The notes under the pieces are model-generated. The model searched no databases, was not told the DNA's origin, and was given only the letters and a program-made list of their open reading frames with translations. From positions 1 to 52,868 of the forward strand of contig JBFXGQ010000001.1 of assembly GCA_050177915.1 (NCBI GenBank): DNA of 52,868 nucleotides, read 5' to 3'. This DNA is from Pseudodonghicola sp. (GTDB lineage Bacteria > Pseudomonadota > Alphaproteobacteria > Rhodobacterales > Rhodobacteraceae). Shown piece after piece: positions 19,115 through 30,836 of this stretch (the first letter of the stretch is position 1; every line of letters begins with the position of its first letter). The translations under genes and the position numbers were made by a program.

Positions 19115-20353
19115 TCAGGCGCGGCGGCGCCGCGCGGCACGGTTGGCGAAGCCGGCCCGCGCCCGCAGCTTGGCGGTGACCCGGCGCGAGACCGACAGCC
19201 CCTGCGCCGCCAGTTCGGCGGCGATCTGGGCGTCGGAGAGCGGCGCGTGATCAGGCTCTGTTGCGAGGATTTTGGCGATTTTCGCGGTGACCGCCGGGGC
19301 GGAGACGCTCTGCTCTCCGTCCCGGTCGCCGGTGGCGCGGCAGAAGAAGCGGCGCAGCGGCAGGGTGCCCGCCGGCGTGGCGGCGGCGCCGGCGCCCACC
19401 ATCCGGCCCAGCGTGCTTTCGTGCAGCCCCAGTTCTGCCGCCACCGCGCGCAGGGTCAGCGGGCGCTGCGCGATGGCGCCGCGGGCCAGGAACCCGGCCT
19501 GATCCCGGATCAGGATCCGCCCCAGCGCCAGCAGGCTGTCGTTGCGCCGCTGCAGCGCCTGGATCAGGCTTTGCGCCTCGCGGCGGAAGCGGGGCAGGGC
19601 GCCGGCCATATCTGCGAGCGTGGCGCGGGGCAGGGTGTCGGGGTTGAGCGCGACCTGCCAGTCGCCGCCGGCTTCGGTGAAGATCAGATCGGCGATGCGC
19701 AGCCGCGCCGGCGCCTGGGCGAAGGCGGCGGCCGGGCGCGGGTCGAGCTGGCGCAGCCGCGCCAGCAGCCGGGCGATATCAGGCTCTGACAAGGCGGTTT
19801 CTCGCGCCAGCGCCGCCGGTCCGCCCTGGGTCAGCGCCGGCAGCGCGGCCAGCAGCCGGGCCATATCGGGGGCGCGCGCCTCGGCCTCGGGCAGCTGCAG
19901 GGCGAGACATTCGGCGAGCGAGCGGGCGAACAGCCCGCGCGGTTCGATCCGCTGCAGCTGGCGCAGCACCCGGCCGGCGCGCTCGGGGCTGTCGCCGCGG
20001 CGGCGGGCGATCTCGGGCAGCGGGCGGGCGAGGAAGCCGGCGCTGTCGAGCTCCTCGACCAGCGCCAGGGCGAGGGGGCGGTCGGCGGCGGCGGGCACCA
20101 GATCGGGCAGCCGGGCCAGCACATGGGCGATCAGCGAGGGGCCTTCGGCGGCGGTCTCGGACCCGTCGCCGATCTCCCCGCCGGCGGCGGCGGGCAGGCG
20201 CAGCCGCAGACAGGGGTTGTCGGCGGCCGCCGCGCGCAGCGTCTCGGCCAGGCCGAGATTGTCCAGCGCCATGACCCCGAGCGCGCGGCGCAGATCCTGG
20301 CTGAGGGTTTGCCGGGTCTGCTGGCGCAGCGCGAGGTCATGGGTGAGCTTCAT
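19115..20353 (-). CDS. rpoN: Divergent sigma-54 factor (RpoN paralogue)
   Basis: Region I LRQQTRQ..NPCL, core-binding EPRGLFARSLAECLALQL, HTH PLTLRAVAAELGLHEST, PLSDAQIA and variant RpoN box SRRVTAKLR. Confidence 0.88.
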   Translation of the reverse strand: MKLTHDLALRQQTRQTLSQDLRRALGVMALDNLGLAETLRAAAADNPCLRLRLPAAAGGEIGDGSETAAEGPSLIAHVLARLPDLVPAAADRPLALALVEELDSAGFLARPLPEIARRRGDSPERAGRVLRQLQRIEPRGLFARSLAECLALQLPEAEARAPDMARLLAALPALTQGGPAALARETALSEPDIARLLARLRQLDPRPAAAFAQAPARLRIADLIFTEAGGDWQVALNPDTLPRATLADMAGALPRFRREAQSLIQALQRRNDSLLALGRILIRDQAGFLARGAIAQRPLTLRAVAAELGLHESTLGRMVGAGAAATPAGTLPLRRFFCRATGDRDGEQSVSAPAVTAKIAKILATEPDHAPLSDAQIAAELAAQGLSVSRRVTAKLRARAGFANRAARRRRA

Positions 20354-21072
20354 GCCGGAGAGGTTACCGCCGCGCGCAGGAAACGCGCAACGCCGCGGGC
20401 GATGCGGTCGTTGTCGACCGGCCCCCCCAGCGTCGCCCTGGCCGCCGCTGCCTGGGATGCGGGCAGCCGCTCGCCGGAGAAGCTGTCGATCAGCGCGCCC
20501 AGATAGGCGGGGGTGAACTCCGGGTGGAACTGCAGCGACAGCGCCGGGAAGCCGTCGTAGAGCAGCGCGCCATTGGGCGAGAGGCTGTCCTCGGTCAGCC
20601 GCCGGGCGGCGGGTGGCAGCTCCATCACCTGATCGCGGTGCAGCGACAGCGCCTGCAGCGGGCCGGGACCGAAGATCTCCTCGCCGGCCTCGGTCAGCTG
20701 CTGCTGCAGCCGGCCCAGCACCCAGCCGTCTGCGGACCGCCGGGCCTGGCCGCCGAAGGCCTGGGCCAGCACCTGATGGCCGAAGCAGATCCCCACCACC
20801 GGGCGGCGGGCGTCGCGGATCGCCTGCAGATGGGCGATCAGCGGCGCGATCCAGGGGTGATCCTCATAGACCCCGGCGCGCGAGCCGGTGACCATATAGG
20901 CGTCGTAGTCGTCCGGCGCCGCCGGGGTCTCGCCGCCGGCGATATGGCAGCGGTCGAACGCCGCCTCGGGCAGCTCGGCGCCCAGCCAGCGCACGAACAT
21001 GTCGGCATAGGTGCCATAGCCGGCCAGAAGCGCGCCTTCCGGCCGGTCGGTTTCCAGAATGCAGATGCGCAT
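20350..21072 (-). CDS. Type 1 glutamine amidotransferase (putative gamma-glutamyl amide hydrolase)
   Basis: Start ATG 21072 (MRICILET); nucleophile GICFGHQ and QFHPE triad. Confidence 0.88.
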   Translation of the reverse strand: MRICILETDRPEGALLAGYGTYADMFVRWLGAELPEAAFDRCHIAGGETPAAPDDYDAYMVTGSRAGVYEDHPWIAPLIAHLQAIRDARRPVVGICFGHQVLAQAFGGQARRSADGWVLGRLQQQLTEAGEEIFGPGPLQALSLHRDQVMELPPAARRLTEDSLSPNGALLYDGFPALSLQFHPEFTPAYLGALIDSFSGERLPASQAAAARATLGGPVDNDRIARGVARFLRAAVTSPA

Positions 21073-21092
21073 CGTCTCTCCAGTCGCGGGCC

Positions 21093-22589
21093 TCAGCCCA
21101 GTTCGATCCAGACCGATTTGGTCTGGGTATATTGGGTGATCGCCTCCAGGCATTTGTCGCGGCCGTTGCCGGACTGCTTGAAGCCGCCCCAGGGGGTGGT
21201 GGCATCGCCCGCCTCATAGGCGTTGACCCAGACGATGCCGGCCTCGATATCGCGGGCGAAGCGGTGGGCGTTCTTCACGCTGCCGGTCCAGATCGCCGAG
21301 GCGAGCCCGTAGATGGTGTCATTGGCCACCTCGATCGCATGGTCAAGATCGTCGACCGGGATGATCGAGGCGACCGGTCCGAAGATCTCCTCCTGCGCGA
21401 TGGTCATCTTGTTGGTGACCTCGGTGAACAGCGTGGGTTCGACATAGCAGCCGGCGTTGAAGGCGGCGGGCACGCCGCCGCCGAAGGCCAGCGTGGCGCC
21501 CTCCTTGCGGCCGGTCTCGATATAGCCCAGCACGCGGGACTGCTGTTCGGGGGTGACCAGCGGGCCCATGGTGGTGGCGGGGTCGAGCGGATCGCCGGGC
21601 ACATGCATGGTCTTGGCCGCCTCGGTGAACAGCGCGACATACTCGTCATAGACCGGCCGCTCCACCAGCAGGCGGGAGCCGGCCGAGCAGACCTCGCCCT
21701 GGTTGCCGAAGATGCCGGCGACGCCATAGGTCGCGGCCTTTTCCAGATCGTCGCAATCGGCCAGCACGATCTGCGGCGACTTGCCGCCGCATTCGGTGCT
21801 GACCCGCTTCATGTTGGACTGGCCGGCGTAGACCAGCATCAGCTTGCCGACCTCGCCCGAGCCGGTGAAGCCGATCTTGTCGACATCCATATGCAGCGCC
21901 AGCGGCTTGCCGGTCTCCTCGCCATATCCGGTGACCACGTTGAAGACGCCGTCGGGCCCGCCGGCCTCGGAAAAGAGCCGCGCCAGCAGGAGCGCCGAGA
22001 GCGGCGATTGCTCGGCCGGCTTCAGCACCACGGAATTGCCGCAGGAAAGCGCCGGGGCCAGTTTCCAGGCCGCCATCATCAGCGGATAGTTCCACGGCAC
22101 CACCAACCCGCAGACGCCCAGGGGCTGGCGGATGATGTAATGCAGCGCGTCGGCGTTGGTGGCGGTAACCGCCCCCTCGACCTTGTCGATCGCCTCGGCG
22201 AAGAAGCGGAACACCGAGAGCGCGCCGGGGATGTCGATGGTCAGCATGTCCGAGATCGGCTTGCCCATGTCGAGCGTGTCGAGCAGGGCGAAATCGCTGG
22301 CGTGGTCCTCGATCAGATCGGCGAAGCGGCGCATCACCGCCATCCGGTCGGTCGGCGCCATCCGCGACCAGACGCCGGATCTGAACGCCTTCTTCGCCGC
22401 CGCCACGGCGCGGTCGACATCCTCGGCGCTGCCGCGGGCAACCGCGGCGATCACCGCGCCCGTGGCGGGATTGACGGTCTCGAACCGCGCGCCCGAGGCG
22501 GCCTCGGTGAATTTGCCGTCGATATACATCCGGGTCTCCGGTTGCAGCGCGGCGGCGCGGGTCGTCCAGTCTTCATAGCTCAAGGTCAT
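21093..22589 (-). CDS. Aldehyde dehydrogenase, PuuC-like (gamma-glutamyl-aminoaldehyde dehydrogenase)
   Basis: PWNYP, KPAEQSP, FTGS, ECGGKSP, NQGEVCSAG, EEIFGP, GGFKQSGNGRDK. Confidence 0.92.
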   Translation of the reverse strand: MTLSYEDWTTRAAALQPETRMYIDGKFTEAASGARFETVNPATGAVIAAVARGSAEDVDRAVAAAKKAFRSGVWSRMAPTDRMAVMRRFADLIEDHASDFALLDTLDMGKPISDMLTIDIPGALSVFRFFAEAIDKVEGAVTATNADALHYIIRQPLGVCGLVVPWNYPLMMAAWKLAPALSCGNSVVLKPAEQSPLSALLLARLFSEAGGPDGVFNVVTGYGEETGKPLALHMDVDKIGFTGSGEVGKLMLVYAGQSNMKRVSTECGGKSPQIVLADCDDLEKAATYGVAGIFGNQGEVCSAGSRLLVERPVYDEYVALFTEAAKTMHVPGDPLDPATTMGPLVTPEQQSRVLGYIETGRKEGATLAFGGGVPAAFNAGCYVEPTLFTEVTNKMTIAQEEIFGPVASIIPVDDLDHAIEVANDTIYGLASAIWTGSVKNAHRFARDIEAGIVWVNAYEAGDATTPWGGFKQSGNGRDKCLEAITQYTQTKSVWIELG

Positions 22590-22620
22590 GGCAGGTCTCC
22601 CGGTTGTTTTTCTGGTTTTG

Positions 22621-23466
22621 TCAGCTCTTGCGGTCGCGGCTGGCCACCACCGCGCCGATGATCAGGATCAGCGAGAACAGCACGATCAGCGTGCCCACCG
22701 CGTTGATTTCCGGCGTCACCCCGCGCCGCATGGTGGAGTAGATGTACATCGGCAGGGTGTTGTCGCGGCCGGTGAGGAAGAAGGTCACCGGGATCTCGTC
22801 GAAGGAGAGCACGAAGGACAGAAGCCCCGCGCCGATCACCGCCGAGCGGATATTGGGCAGCGTCACATGCAGAAAGCTGTGCAGCGGCGGCGCGCCGAGA
22901 TCGGCCGAGGCCTCCTCCAGCGATTTCGGCAACCGCTCCAGCCGGGCGGAGACCTGGGTCACCACCACCGCCAGCAGCGCCGTGGCATGGCCGAGGATCA
23001 CCGTCTCGAGGCTGAGGTTGAAGCCCAGCAGGCGGAACATGTTCAGCATCGAGATGCCGGTGACCACCCCGGGCAGGGTGATCGGCAGCACCACCAGCCG
23101 GCGGAACACCTTCTTGCCGGGGAAGTTCACCCGGTGCAGCGCCAGCGCCGCGGGCACCCCCACCAGCAGGGTCAGCACGGTGGCGCAGCTGGCCACGTAG
23201 AAGCTGTTGCCGATGGCATCCAGCAGCTGGCTGTTGTGCCACAGCTTGTCGTACCAGCTGAGGGTGAAGCCGGAGAGCGGCCAGGTCAGCGAGCGGGAAT
23301 CGTTGAAGCTGAAGACGATCAGCACCCAGATCGGGATATAGAGAAACGCCATCAGACCGGCGACGAAGGTCATGAAGACGGTGTCGGCGGCATAGCGGCT
23401 GATGACCCCCGGGCGGGCCGAGAGCGGGGCGGGGTCCGGCCTGTATGCGGCTCTGTTCAGGGTCAT
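22621..23466 (-). CDS. Polyamine-type ABC permease (PotC/PotI-like)
   Basis: FLYIP..FSFN, EEASADLGA, SFDE, TPEINA. Confidence 0.92.
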   Translation of the reverse strand: MTLNRAAYRPDPAPLSARPGVISRYAADTVFMTFVAGLMAFLYIPIWVLIVFSFNDSRSLTWPLSGFTLSWYDKLWHNSQLLDAIGNSFYVASCATVLTLLVGVPAALALHRVNFPGKKVFRRLVVLPITLPGVVTGISMLNMFRLLGFNLSLETVILGHATALLAVVVTQVSARLERLPKSLEEASADLGAPPLHSFLHVTLPNIRSAVIGAGLLSFVLSFDEIPVTFFLTGRDNTLPMYIYSTMRRGVTPEINAVGTLIVLFSLILIIGAVVASRDRKS

Positions 23467-23467
23467 C

Positions 23468-24334
23468 TCACATCTCCTTCGGGCTGAAGCCGCGTTCGAT
23501 CCGGTCCGACAGCGACAGCACCGCCAGCACGATCACCAGCACCAGGATCGCCAGCGCCGATCCCATCGGCCAGTTGAGCGCGGTGCCGAACTGGGTGACG
23601 ATCACATTGGCCACCAGGTTGCCGTCGGGCCCGCCGACCAGGAAGGGGGCGACGAAATCGCCGAAGGTCAGGCAGAAGGTCATGGTGAAACCGGCGGCCA
23701 CCCCGGGCATCGACAGCGGCAGGGTCACCCGCAGGAAGGTGGGAAAGGGCCGCATGCCCAGATCGGCCGAGGCCTCGACCAGGTTGCGCGGGATCTTCTC
23801 CAGCGCGGTATAGATCGGCATCACCATGAAGGGGATGAAGATATAGGTCAGCGTCACCACCATGGCGAACTGGTTGTAGAGGAAGATGTCGGAGGGCTCC
23901 GACAGGATGCCGACGCTCATCAGGAAGGAGTTGAGGATGCCCTCGGTGCCCAGGATGGTCTTCCACACATAGGCGCGCAGCAGGTAGCTGACCCACAGGG
24001 GCGCGATCACCGCCATATAGAGCCAGGTCCTGAGCGCCGCGGAACGGCAGCGGAAGGCGAGGAAATAGGCGAAGGGATAGCCCAGCAGGAAGGCGCAGAG
24101 CGAGACCAGCAGCGACACTTTCAGCGTGCGGATCAGCACCCGGGAATACTGCGGGTCGGTGAAGAGGTTGAGGTAATTGCCGAACTGGAAGGCCGGCACG
24201 AAGGTCGGATACTGCTTGGTCCAGAAGCTGTAGGTGACGATGATCGCATAGGGCAGCAGCATGAAGACGGCGATCCACAGCAGCGGCACCCCCAGCACCG
24301 CCGCGCCGCCCAGCCGGTCGCGCAGGCTCAGCAT
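23468..24334 (-). CDS. Polyamine-type ABC permease (PotB/PotH-like)
   Basis: LGYPFAY, RAYVW, EASADLG, NWPMGSA. Confidence 0.92.
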   Translation of the reverse strand: MLSLRDRLGGAAVLGVPLLWIAVFMLLPYAIIVTYSFWTKQYPTFVPAFQFGNYLNLFTDPQYSRVLIRTLKVSLLVSLCAFLLGYPFAYFLAFRCRSAALRTWLYMAVIAPLWVSYLLRAYVWKTILGTEGILNSFLMSVGILSEPSDIFLYNQFAMVVTLTYIFIPFMVMPIYTALEKIPRNLVEASADLGMRPFPTFLRVTLPLSMPGVAAGFTMTFCLTFGDFVAPFLVGGPDGNLVANVIVTQFGTALNWPMGSALAILVLVIVLAVLSLSDRIERGFSPKEM

Positions 24335-25425
24335 CAGGCGGCCTCCCGATCGAAGACGAAGATATTGCCCGGCGCCAGTCCCAGCCGCACGCTCTGGCCG
24401 GGGCGGGGCACCGCGGTATGGGCCAGCCGGTCGGGCAGCAGGCTGTCGACGAAGACGCGGCCGCCGCCCGGCACCGTCACCGCCAGCCGCAGCCCCAGCC
24501 CGTAATAGACCACCTCGGCGATCTCGCCGGCGATCTCGTTGGCGGCGGTCTCGCCCTCGGCCAGCAGCCGCACCTTCTCGGGGCGGAAGCCCAGGGTGAT
24601 CGCCTCGCCGGTGCTGCGCGGGCTGTCGGTCAGCGCCGCGATCTCGGTGCCGGCCACCGCGATGCGGGCCTGGCCGGCCTCGGCATGGGAGATCTGCGCG
24701 TCGAGGAAATTGGTGGTGCCGATGAAATTGGCCACATAGGGCGAATTCGGGTGATCGTAGAGCAGATCCGGGCTGCCCTCCTGCGCCACCCGGCCCTTTT
24801 CCATCACCACCACCCGGTCCGACATCACCAGCGCCTCGGTCTGGTCGTGGGTCACCATGATGAAGGTGATGCCCAGCCGCTCGTGCATATGCTTGAGCTC
24901 CAGCTGCATCTGCTCGCGCAGCTTGGCGTCCAGCGCCGACAGCGGCTCGTCCAGCAGCAGCACCTTGGGCTGGCGCACCACGGCGCGGGCCAGGGCGATG
25001 CGCTGGCGCTGGCCGCCGGACAGCTGATGCGGCCGCTGGTTGATCTTGTCGGGCAGGCCGACCAGCCGCAGCGCGTCCTTGACCCGGGTGGCGACGGTGC
25101 CGCGGTCCAGCTTCATCAGCTTCAGCCCATAGGCGATATTCTCGCCGATGGTCATATGCGGGAACAGGGCGTAGTCCTGGAACACCATATTGACGTCGCG
25201 CTTGTAGGGCGGTGCCCAGGTCACATCCTGGCCGGCCAGCCGGATGGTGCCGCCGGTGGGCGTCTCGAAGCCGCCGATCATCCGCAGCAGGGTGGATTTG
25301 CCACAGCCCGAGGGGCCCAGAAGGGTGACGAATTCCCCGTCTTCGACCGCGAAGGACACATCGTCCACGGCGGTGAGGTTGGCGTAATGCTTGGACAGTC
25401 TGTCGAGTTCGATAATGGAGGCCAT
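24334..25425 (-). CDS. Polyamine-type ABC ATPase (PotA/PotG-like)
   Basis: GPSGCGKST, FQDYALFPH, LSGGQ, LLLDEP; C-terminal TOBE region. Confidence 0.95.
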   Translation of the reverse strand: MASIIELDRLSKHYANLTAVDDVSFAVEDGEFVTLLGPSGCGKSTLLRMIGGFETPTGGTIRLAGQDVTWAPPYKRDVNMVFQDYALFPHMTIGENIAYGLKLMKLDRGTVATRVKDALRLVGLPDKINQRPHQLSGGQRQRIALARAVVRQPKVLLLDEPLSALDAKLREQMQLELKHMHERLGITFIMVTHDQTEALVMSDRVVVMEKGRVAQEGSPDLLYDHPNSPYVANFIGTTNFLDAQISHAEAGQARIAVAGTEIAALTDSPRSTGEAITLGFRPEKVRLLAEGETAANEIAGEIAEVVYYGLGLRLAVTVPGGGRVFVDSLLPDRLAHTAVPRPGQSVRLGLAPGNIFVFDREAA

Positions 25426-25478
25426 CGTGCCCCGTCTCCCTGTTGTCCGGTTGTTATTGCTGGTCCGGCACGGGCGGC

Positions 25479-25512
25479 ACGGAACGCATCCCGTCGGGGA
25501 TGCGCTCCGCGC
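25479..25512 (-). other. Intercistronic stem-loop after the substrate-binding gene
   Basis: GGAACGCATCCC-gtcg-GGGATGCGCTCC in the 113-bp gap, no U-tract; typical of mRNA-stabilising hairpins in ABC operons (inference). Confidence 0.5.
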
Positions 25513-25538
25513 CCGTGGCCGGTGTCACGCGGCGGCGC

Positions 25539-26597
25539 TTATTGCGCCTTCACTGCGTTCCAGGCGTTCAGATAGGCTTCGAACCGGTCGCCCAGCGGCT
25601 GCCAGATCAGCAGGCTGTCGAGGTAATCCGGATCGTCCTGGTGCAGCGCGGCATATTGCTCCGGGCTCATGCAGGCCTTGGCGGCGGCGCCGTTGGTGGC
25701 GGAATAGCCGTTCACATTGGCGACGCCGCATTGCCCCTGTTCGGAGAGCTGCATGTTGAGGAACTTGTAGGCGCATTCCCTGTTCGGCGTGTCCTTGACC
25801 ACCATCCAGGCGTCCATCCAGCCTTCGGCGCCCTCCTCGGGGATGAATTCGGTGACCTTGATGCCCTCGGCCGCCAGCAGCGACGACTGATAGCCCGCCC
25901 AGGTGTTGGAGATCACCACCTCGCCGGCCTTGTAGAGATCGACCAGCTCGCCGGCGGTGGACCAGTATTTGCGCACCAGCGGCTTCTGCTCGATCAGCTT
26001 CTGCTTGGCGGCCTCGATCTGGTCGTCGGTCAGGTTGTAGATGTCCATGTCGCCGTTGAGCCGGGCCGCGACGTAGATCGAGCTCTTGTCGTCCCAGAGC
26101 GAGATCTTGCCGGCGTTGTCCTGGCTCCACAGCGCCTTGAGCGAGGTGGGCGGCGTGCTGAAGGCATCGTCACGGTACATGAAGGCGATGGCGCCCCAGG
26201 CATAGGGCATGCCGTAATAGGCGCCGTCCTTCTGGATGCCGTCCAGCGCCAGGAACTTCGGATAGATGCTGTCCCAGCCGGTGATGGCGGCGGTGTCGAG
26301 CGGTTCCACCAGCCCCAGATCGATCATCAGCTTGGTGGTGTCGATCGAGGGGGTGATCAGGTCGTAGACGCCGCCGCCGGCCATCAGCTTGGGGGCGAAA
26401 TCGTCGTTCGAGCCGACATAGGTGGCATTGACCTCGCAGCCGGTGTCGGCGGTGAACTTGTCGATGAAGGAGGGGTCGGCATAGCCTTCCCAGGTCAGCA
26501 CGTTGATGGTGCCCTCGGCCAGCGCCGGGCCGGCGATCAGGGCGGCGGTCAGCGCCGTGGTCAGCGCCGTGCTCAGCGACAATCCGGATGTCTTCAT
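25539..26597 (-). CDS. Polyamine-type ABC substrate-binding protein (PotD/PotF-like)
   Basis: Signal peptide, WEGY, YDLITPS, PYAWG, PEEGAEGWMD. Confidence 0.92.
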   Translation of the reverse strand: MKTSGLSLSTALTTALTAALIAGPALAEGTINVLTWEGYADPSFIDKFTADTGCEVNATYVGSNDDFAPKLMAGGGVYDLITPSIDTTKLMIDLGLVEPLDTAAITGWDSIYPKFLALDGIQKDGAYYGMPYAWGAIAFMYRDDAFSTPPTSLKALWSQDNAGKISLWDDKSSIYVAARLNGDMDIYNLTDDQIEAAKQKLIEQKPLVRKYWSTAGELVDLYKAGEVVISNTWAGYQSSLLAAEGIKVTEFIPEEGAEGWMDAWMVVKDTPNRECAYKFLNMQLSEQGQCGVANVNGYSATNGAAAKACMSPEQYAALHQDDPDYLDSLLIWQPLGDRFEAYLNAWNAVKAQ

Positions 26598-26602
26598 TGG
26601 GG

Positions 26603-28054
<1,452 letters not shown>

Positions 28055-28055
28055 C

Positions 28056-29270
28056 TCAGCGCCGCAGCCTCAGCGGGGCGGGCCCGGCGGCCGGGGCGCC
28101 GGCGGCATCTCCGGCGGGATCGCCGGAGGGATCTCTGAGCCCCAGCCGCAGCCGGAAGCTCGCCGCCAGGCAGGGCTCGCCGCGCAGGCTCAGGCCGCGC
28201 ACCGCCAGCTCGCCGCGCAGGGTCTTGCCCGGCAGCCGCAGCTGCACCGGCAGCATCCGCGGCGGCCGGCCCGGCATATGCGCCTCGGCGATGGCCTGCA
28301 GCTCGGCCAGCGCCACCGGCTGCTCCAGCAGATCGGCCAGCGCCCGGTCCAGCAGCAGCTCGCGCGGCAGGCCGAACAGCTCCTCGGCGGCGAGATTGGC
28401 GTGCAGCAGCTGGCCATGGCCGTCCAGCACCAGCAACGCCTCGGGCAGCCCGTCCAGCATTGCCTCCAGCGCGTCGATCTCCTCGCGCAGCACCGCGGTG
28501 CGGCGGGCGTGCTTGGAGACATCGCGCACCGTGCCCCACATGCGATAGAGCCGGTTGCCGCGGATATGGCCGCGCACGTCGTTCTCGACCTCGATGAACA
28601 TGCCGTCATAGCGCAGGTCGCGCGACGGCGAGCCGTTGACGTCGAAATCCGCATGGATCAGCCGGCGCACGAAATCCTCGTTCTCGCGGGTGCGCGGGAA
28701 GGTCTCATGCACCGGGCGGGCGTTGAAATCCTGCCCCTCCGGCGTGCGATAGAGCCGCGCCATCGCCCCATTGCACAGCCGCCAGCGCGGCCCGTTGTCG
28801 AAGACCTGGCGGATGATCTCCTGCTCCGGGGCGGAGAGATCCACCGGATCGGCCCATTCCATGCACCAGCCGGCATCGTCCGAGGCCTCCAGGATCGAGG
28901 AGAGCACGGCGTTCTCCTCGGCCAGCCGGGCGATGTCCTTCAGCGCGCCGCTGGCCGGCCATTTGACCGTGCGCAGCCGGATCTCGCCCCTCTCGTCGGC
29001 CTGCAGCGTGGCGATGGCGGCGGTCTCCAGCGGGCCGCCGGCGCCGCGCATCTCCAGCGTCAGCACATGCGGGCCGGGCTCGGTCTGCGAGAACAGGTAC
29101 GCCAGCTGCTCGCGCGCGGCGAGCGTGTAGATCAGCGACCAGGGCTGGCCCGCGGCCGTCCCCGGCGCCAGCCCCAGCCGGGCCTCTTCCGCCGCGTTGA
29201 CATGCACGATCCGCCCGTCCCGACTGAGAATATCGGTCATTTCGCTCCGGTCGGTCGTCTGGTCTGGCAT
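28056..29270 (-). CDS. Multi-PAS protein without an output domain
   Basis: Start ATG 29270 with GGAG RBS (404 aa). PAS-like segments [27 protein letters not shown] and [26 protein letters not shown]; no kinase, GGDEF or HTH motif. Confidence 0.8.
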   Translation of the reverse strand: MPDQTTDRSEMTDILSRDGRIVHVNAAEEARLGLAPGTAAGQPWSLIYTLAAREQLAYLFSQTEPGPHVLTLEMRGAGGPLETAAIATLQADERGEIRLRTVKWPASGALKDIARLAEENAVLSSILEASDDAGWCMEWADPVDLSAPEQEIIRQVFDNGPRWRLCNGAMARLYRTPEGQDFNARPVHETFPRTRENEDFVRRLIHADFDVNGSPSRDLRYDGMFIEVENDVRGHIRGNRLYRMWGTVRDVSKHARRTAVLREEIDALEAMLDGLPEALLVLDGHGQLLHANLAAEELFGLPRELLLDRALADLLEQPVALAELQAIAEAHMPGRPPRMLPVQLRLPGKTLRGELAVRGLSLRGEPCLAASFRLRLGLRDPSGDPAGDAAGAPAAGPAPLRLRR

Positions 29271-29325
29271 ATGGGATCTCCTGGCTGGGGCGCGCGCCCG
29301 GGGGACCGGGCGCGCGGGATCGGGC

Positions 29326-30804
29326 TTAGGGGACGCAGTGCAGGTAGCGCTCCACATCCCAGTTGGTCACTTCGCGGAGGAAGCGGGTCCATTCGTCCTG
29401 CTTGTACTCGTCATACACGTCATAGAGCCGACCGGGCAGCGCGGAGCGGATCACCTCGTCGGCCTTGAGCGCGTCCAGCGCGTCGCGCAGGTTGAGCGGA
29501 ATCAGCTCGACCTCGCCGCCCGACTGCCAGACCTCGGTCACATTACGCGATTCCGGCGCGCCGGGATCAATCTTGTTCCGAATCCCGTCGTCCATCGCCT
29601 TCAAAAGCGCGCCACAGAACAAATGCGGGTTCACCATGCTATCCACTGCGCGGAATTCGAACCGGTCGGGCGAGGAGATGCGGATGGTGCAGCTGCGGTT
29701 CTGCAGCCCCCAGTTGGCCCCGATCGGCGCCCAGAGACCGTAGTCGTTGAAGCGGCGGTAGGAGTTCACGGTGGAGGCACCGATCGCGGTCAGCGCGCCG
29801 ATATGCTTGAGCGAGCCGCCCAGCACATGGTGGCCCAGTTCGGTCGGCAGCCAGCCGCCTGTCGTGTTCTCGAACTCGTTTGTGCCACCCTTGGAATACA
29901 TGAAATTCTCTTCCATGCCGGGCAGTTCGCCGGGGATCAGCTGTTGCAGCTCGCGGCTTCCGCCGGTCCAGACCGAGCAGTTGTGGTGACAGCCGTTGGC
30001 GGCATAGCCCATGAAGGGCTTGGCCATGAAACAGGCGATCAGCCCGCGCTGGCGCGCCACCTCGGCGCAGATCTGCCGGTAGGTGGTCATCCGGTCGCAG
30101 GTCGGCAGCGCATCGTCGAACTGATAGTTCAGCTCGATCTGCCCCGGCGCGTCCTCGCAATCGCCCTGGATCATGTCGAGCCCCATGGCGCGGGCATAGT
30201 CGGAGACCTGCATCCAGATGTCGCGGGCGCTTTCGAACTGGCCGATGTGATAGGCCAGTGCCTCGGTCACCCCCTCATAGGGGCGCACCTCGCCGTCCTT
30301 GGGTTTCAGCCAGAGCATTTCCGGCTCCAGCCCGACCCGCAGCTGCAGCCCGTTATGCGCCTCGCGGAACTCGCGGTCGAAGCGCTTGAGGTTGCCGCGA
30401 GTGTCGTATTCGTAATAGGCGCCGGGGAAATTCGGGTCTTCGAGGCTGTAGAACAGGGTGCAGAACACCCGCGCCACCCGCTTGTCCCAGGGCAGCTGCA
30501 CGAAGGTGTCGGGGTCGGGCAGGGCGATGCATTCCATCGCATTGGCATCGAAGCCGATCAGGTTGCCCTTGAAATCCGGCAGCACGTTGGTGACGCCGCC
30601 CATCCAGGTCTGCACCCCCTTGCGCGCCTGGGTCTCCCAGTGGCGCGCCGGCGCCGCCTTGCCCATCACCCGGCCGGTGATCGAGATATATTGGTAGTAG
30701 ATGTAGTCGACGCCGAGCGCGTCGATCTTCTGGCGCACCCGCGCCACCATCTCGGCGCGGCCCGGCGCCTCCACCTCACGGTGATAGTCTGTGTCGGTGT
30801 TCAT
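29326..30804 (-). CDS. Glutamine synthetase-like gamma-glutamyl-amine ligase (catalytic motifs intact)
   Basis: GLEPE, EDAPGQIE, NGCHHNCS, NSYRR, WGLQNRS..R, FEFR. Confidence 0.9.
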   Translation of the reverse strand: MNTDTDYHREVEAPGRAEMVARVRQKIDALGVDYIYYQYISITGRVMGKAAPARHWETQARKGVQTWMGGVTNVLPDFKGNLIGFDANAMECIALPDPDTFVQLPWDKRVARVFCTLFYSLEDPNFPGAYYEYDTRGNLKRFDREFREAHNGLQLRVGLEPEMLWLKPKDGEVRPYEGVTEALAYHIGQFESARDIWMQVSDYARAMGLDMIQGDCEDAPGQIELNYQFDDALPTCDRMTTYRQICAEVARQRGLIACFMAKPFMGYAANGCHHNCSVWTGGSRELQQLIPGELPGMEENFMYSKGGTNEFENTTGGWLPTELGHHVLGGSLKHIGALTAIGASTVNSYRRFNDYGLWAPIGANWGLQNRSCTIRISSPDRFEFRAVDSMVNPHLFCGALLKAMDDGIRNKIDPGAPESRNVTEVWQSGGEVELIPLNLRDALDALKADEVIRSALPGRLYDVYDEYKQDEWTRFLREVTNWDVERYLHCVP

Positions 30805-30836
30805 CTGTCGTGACTCCCTGTTGTCGTTCTGTCGTC

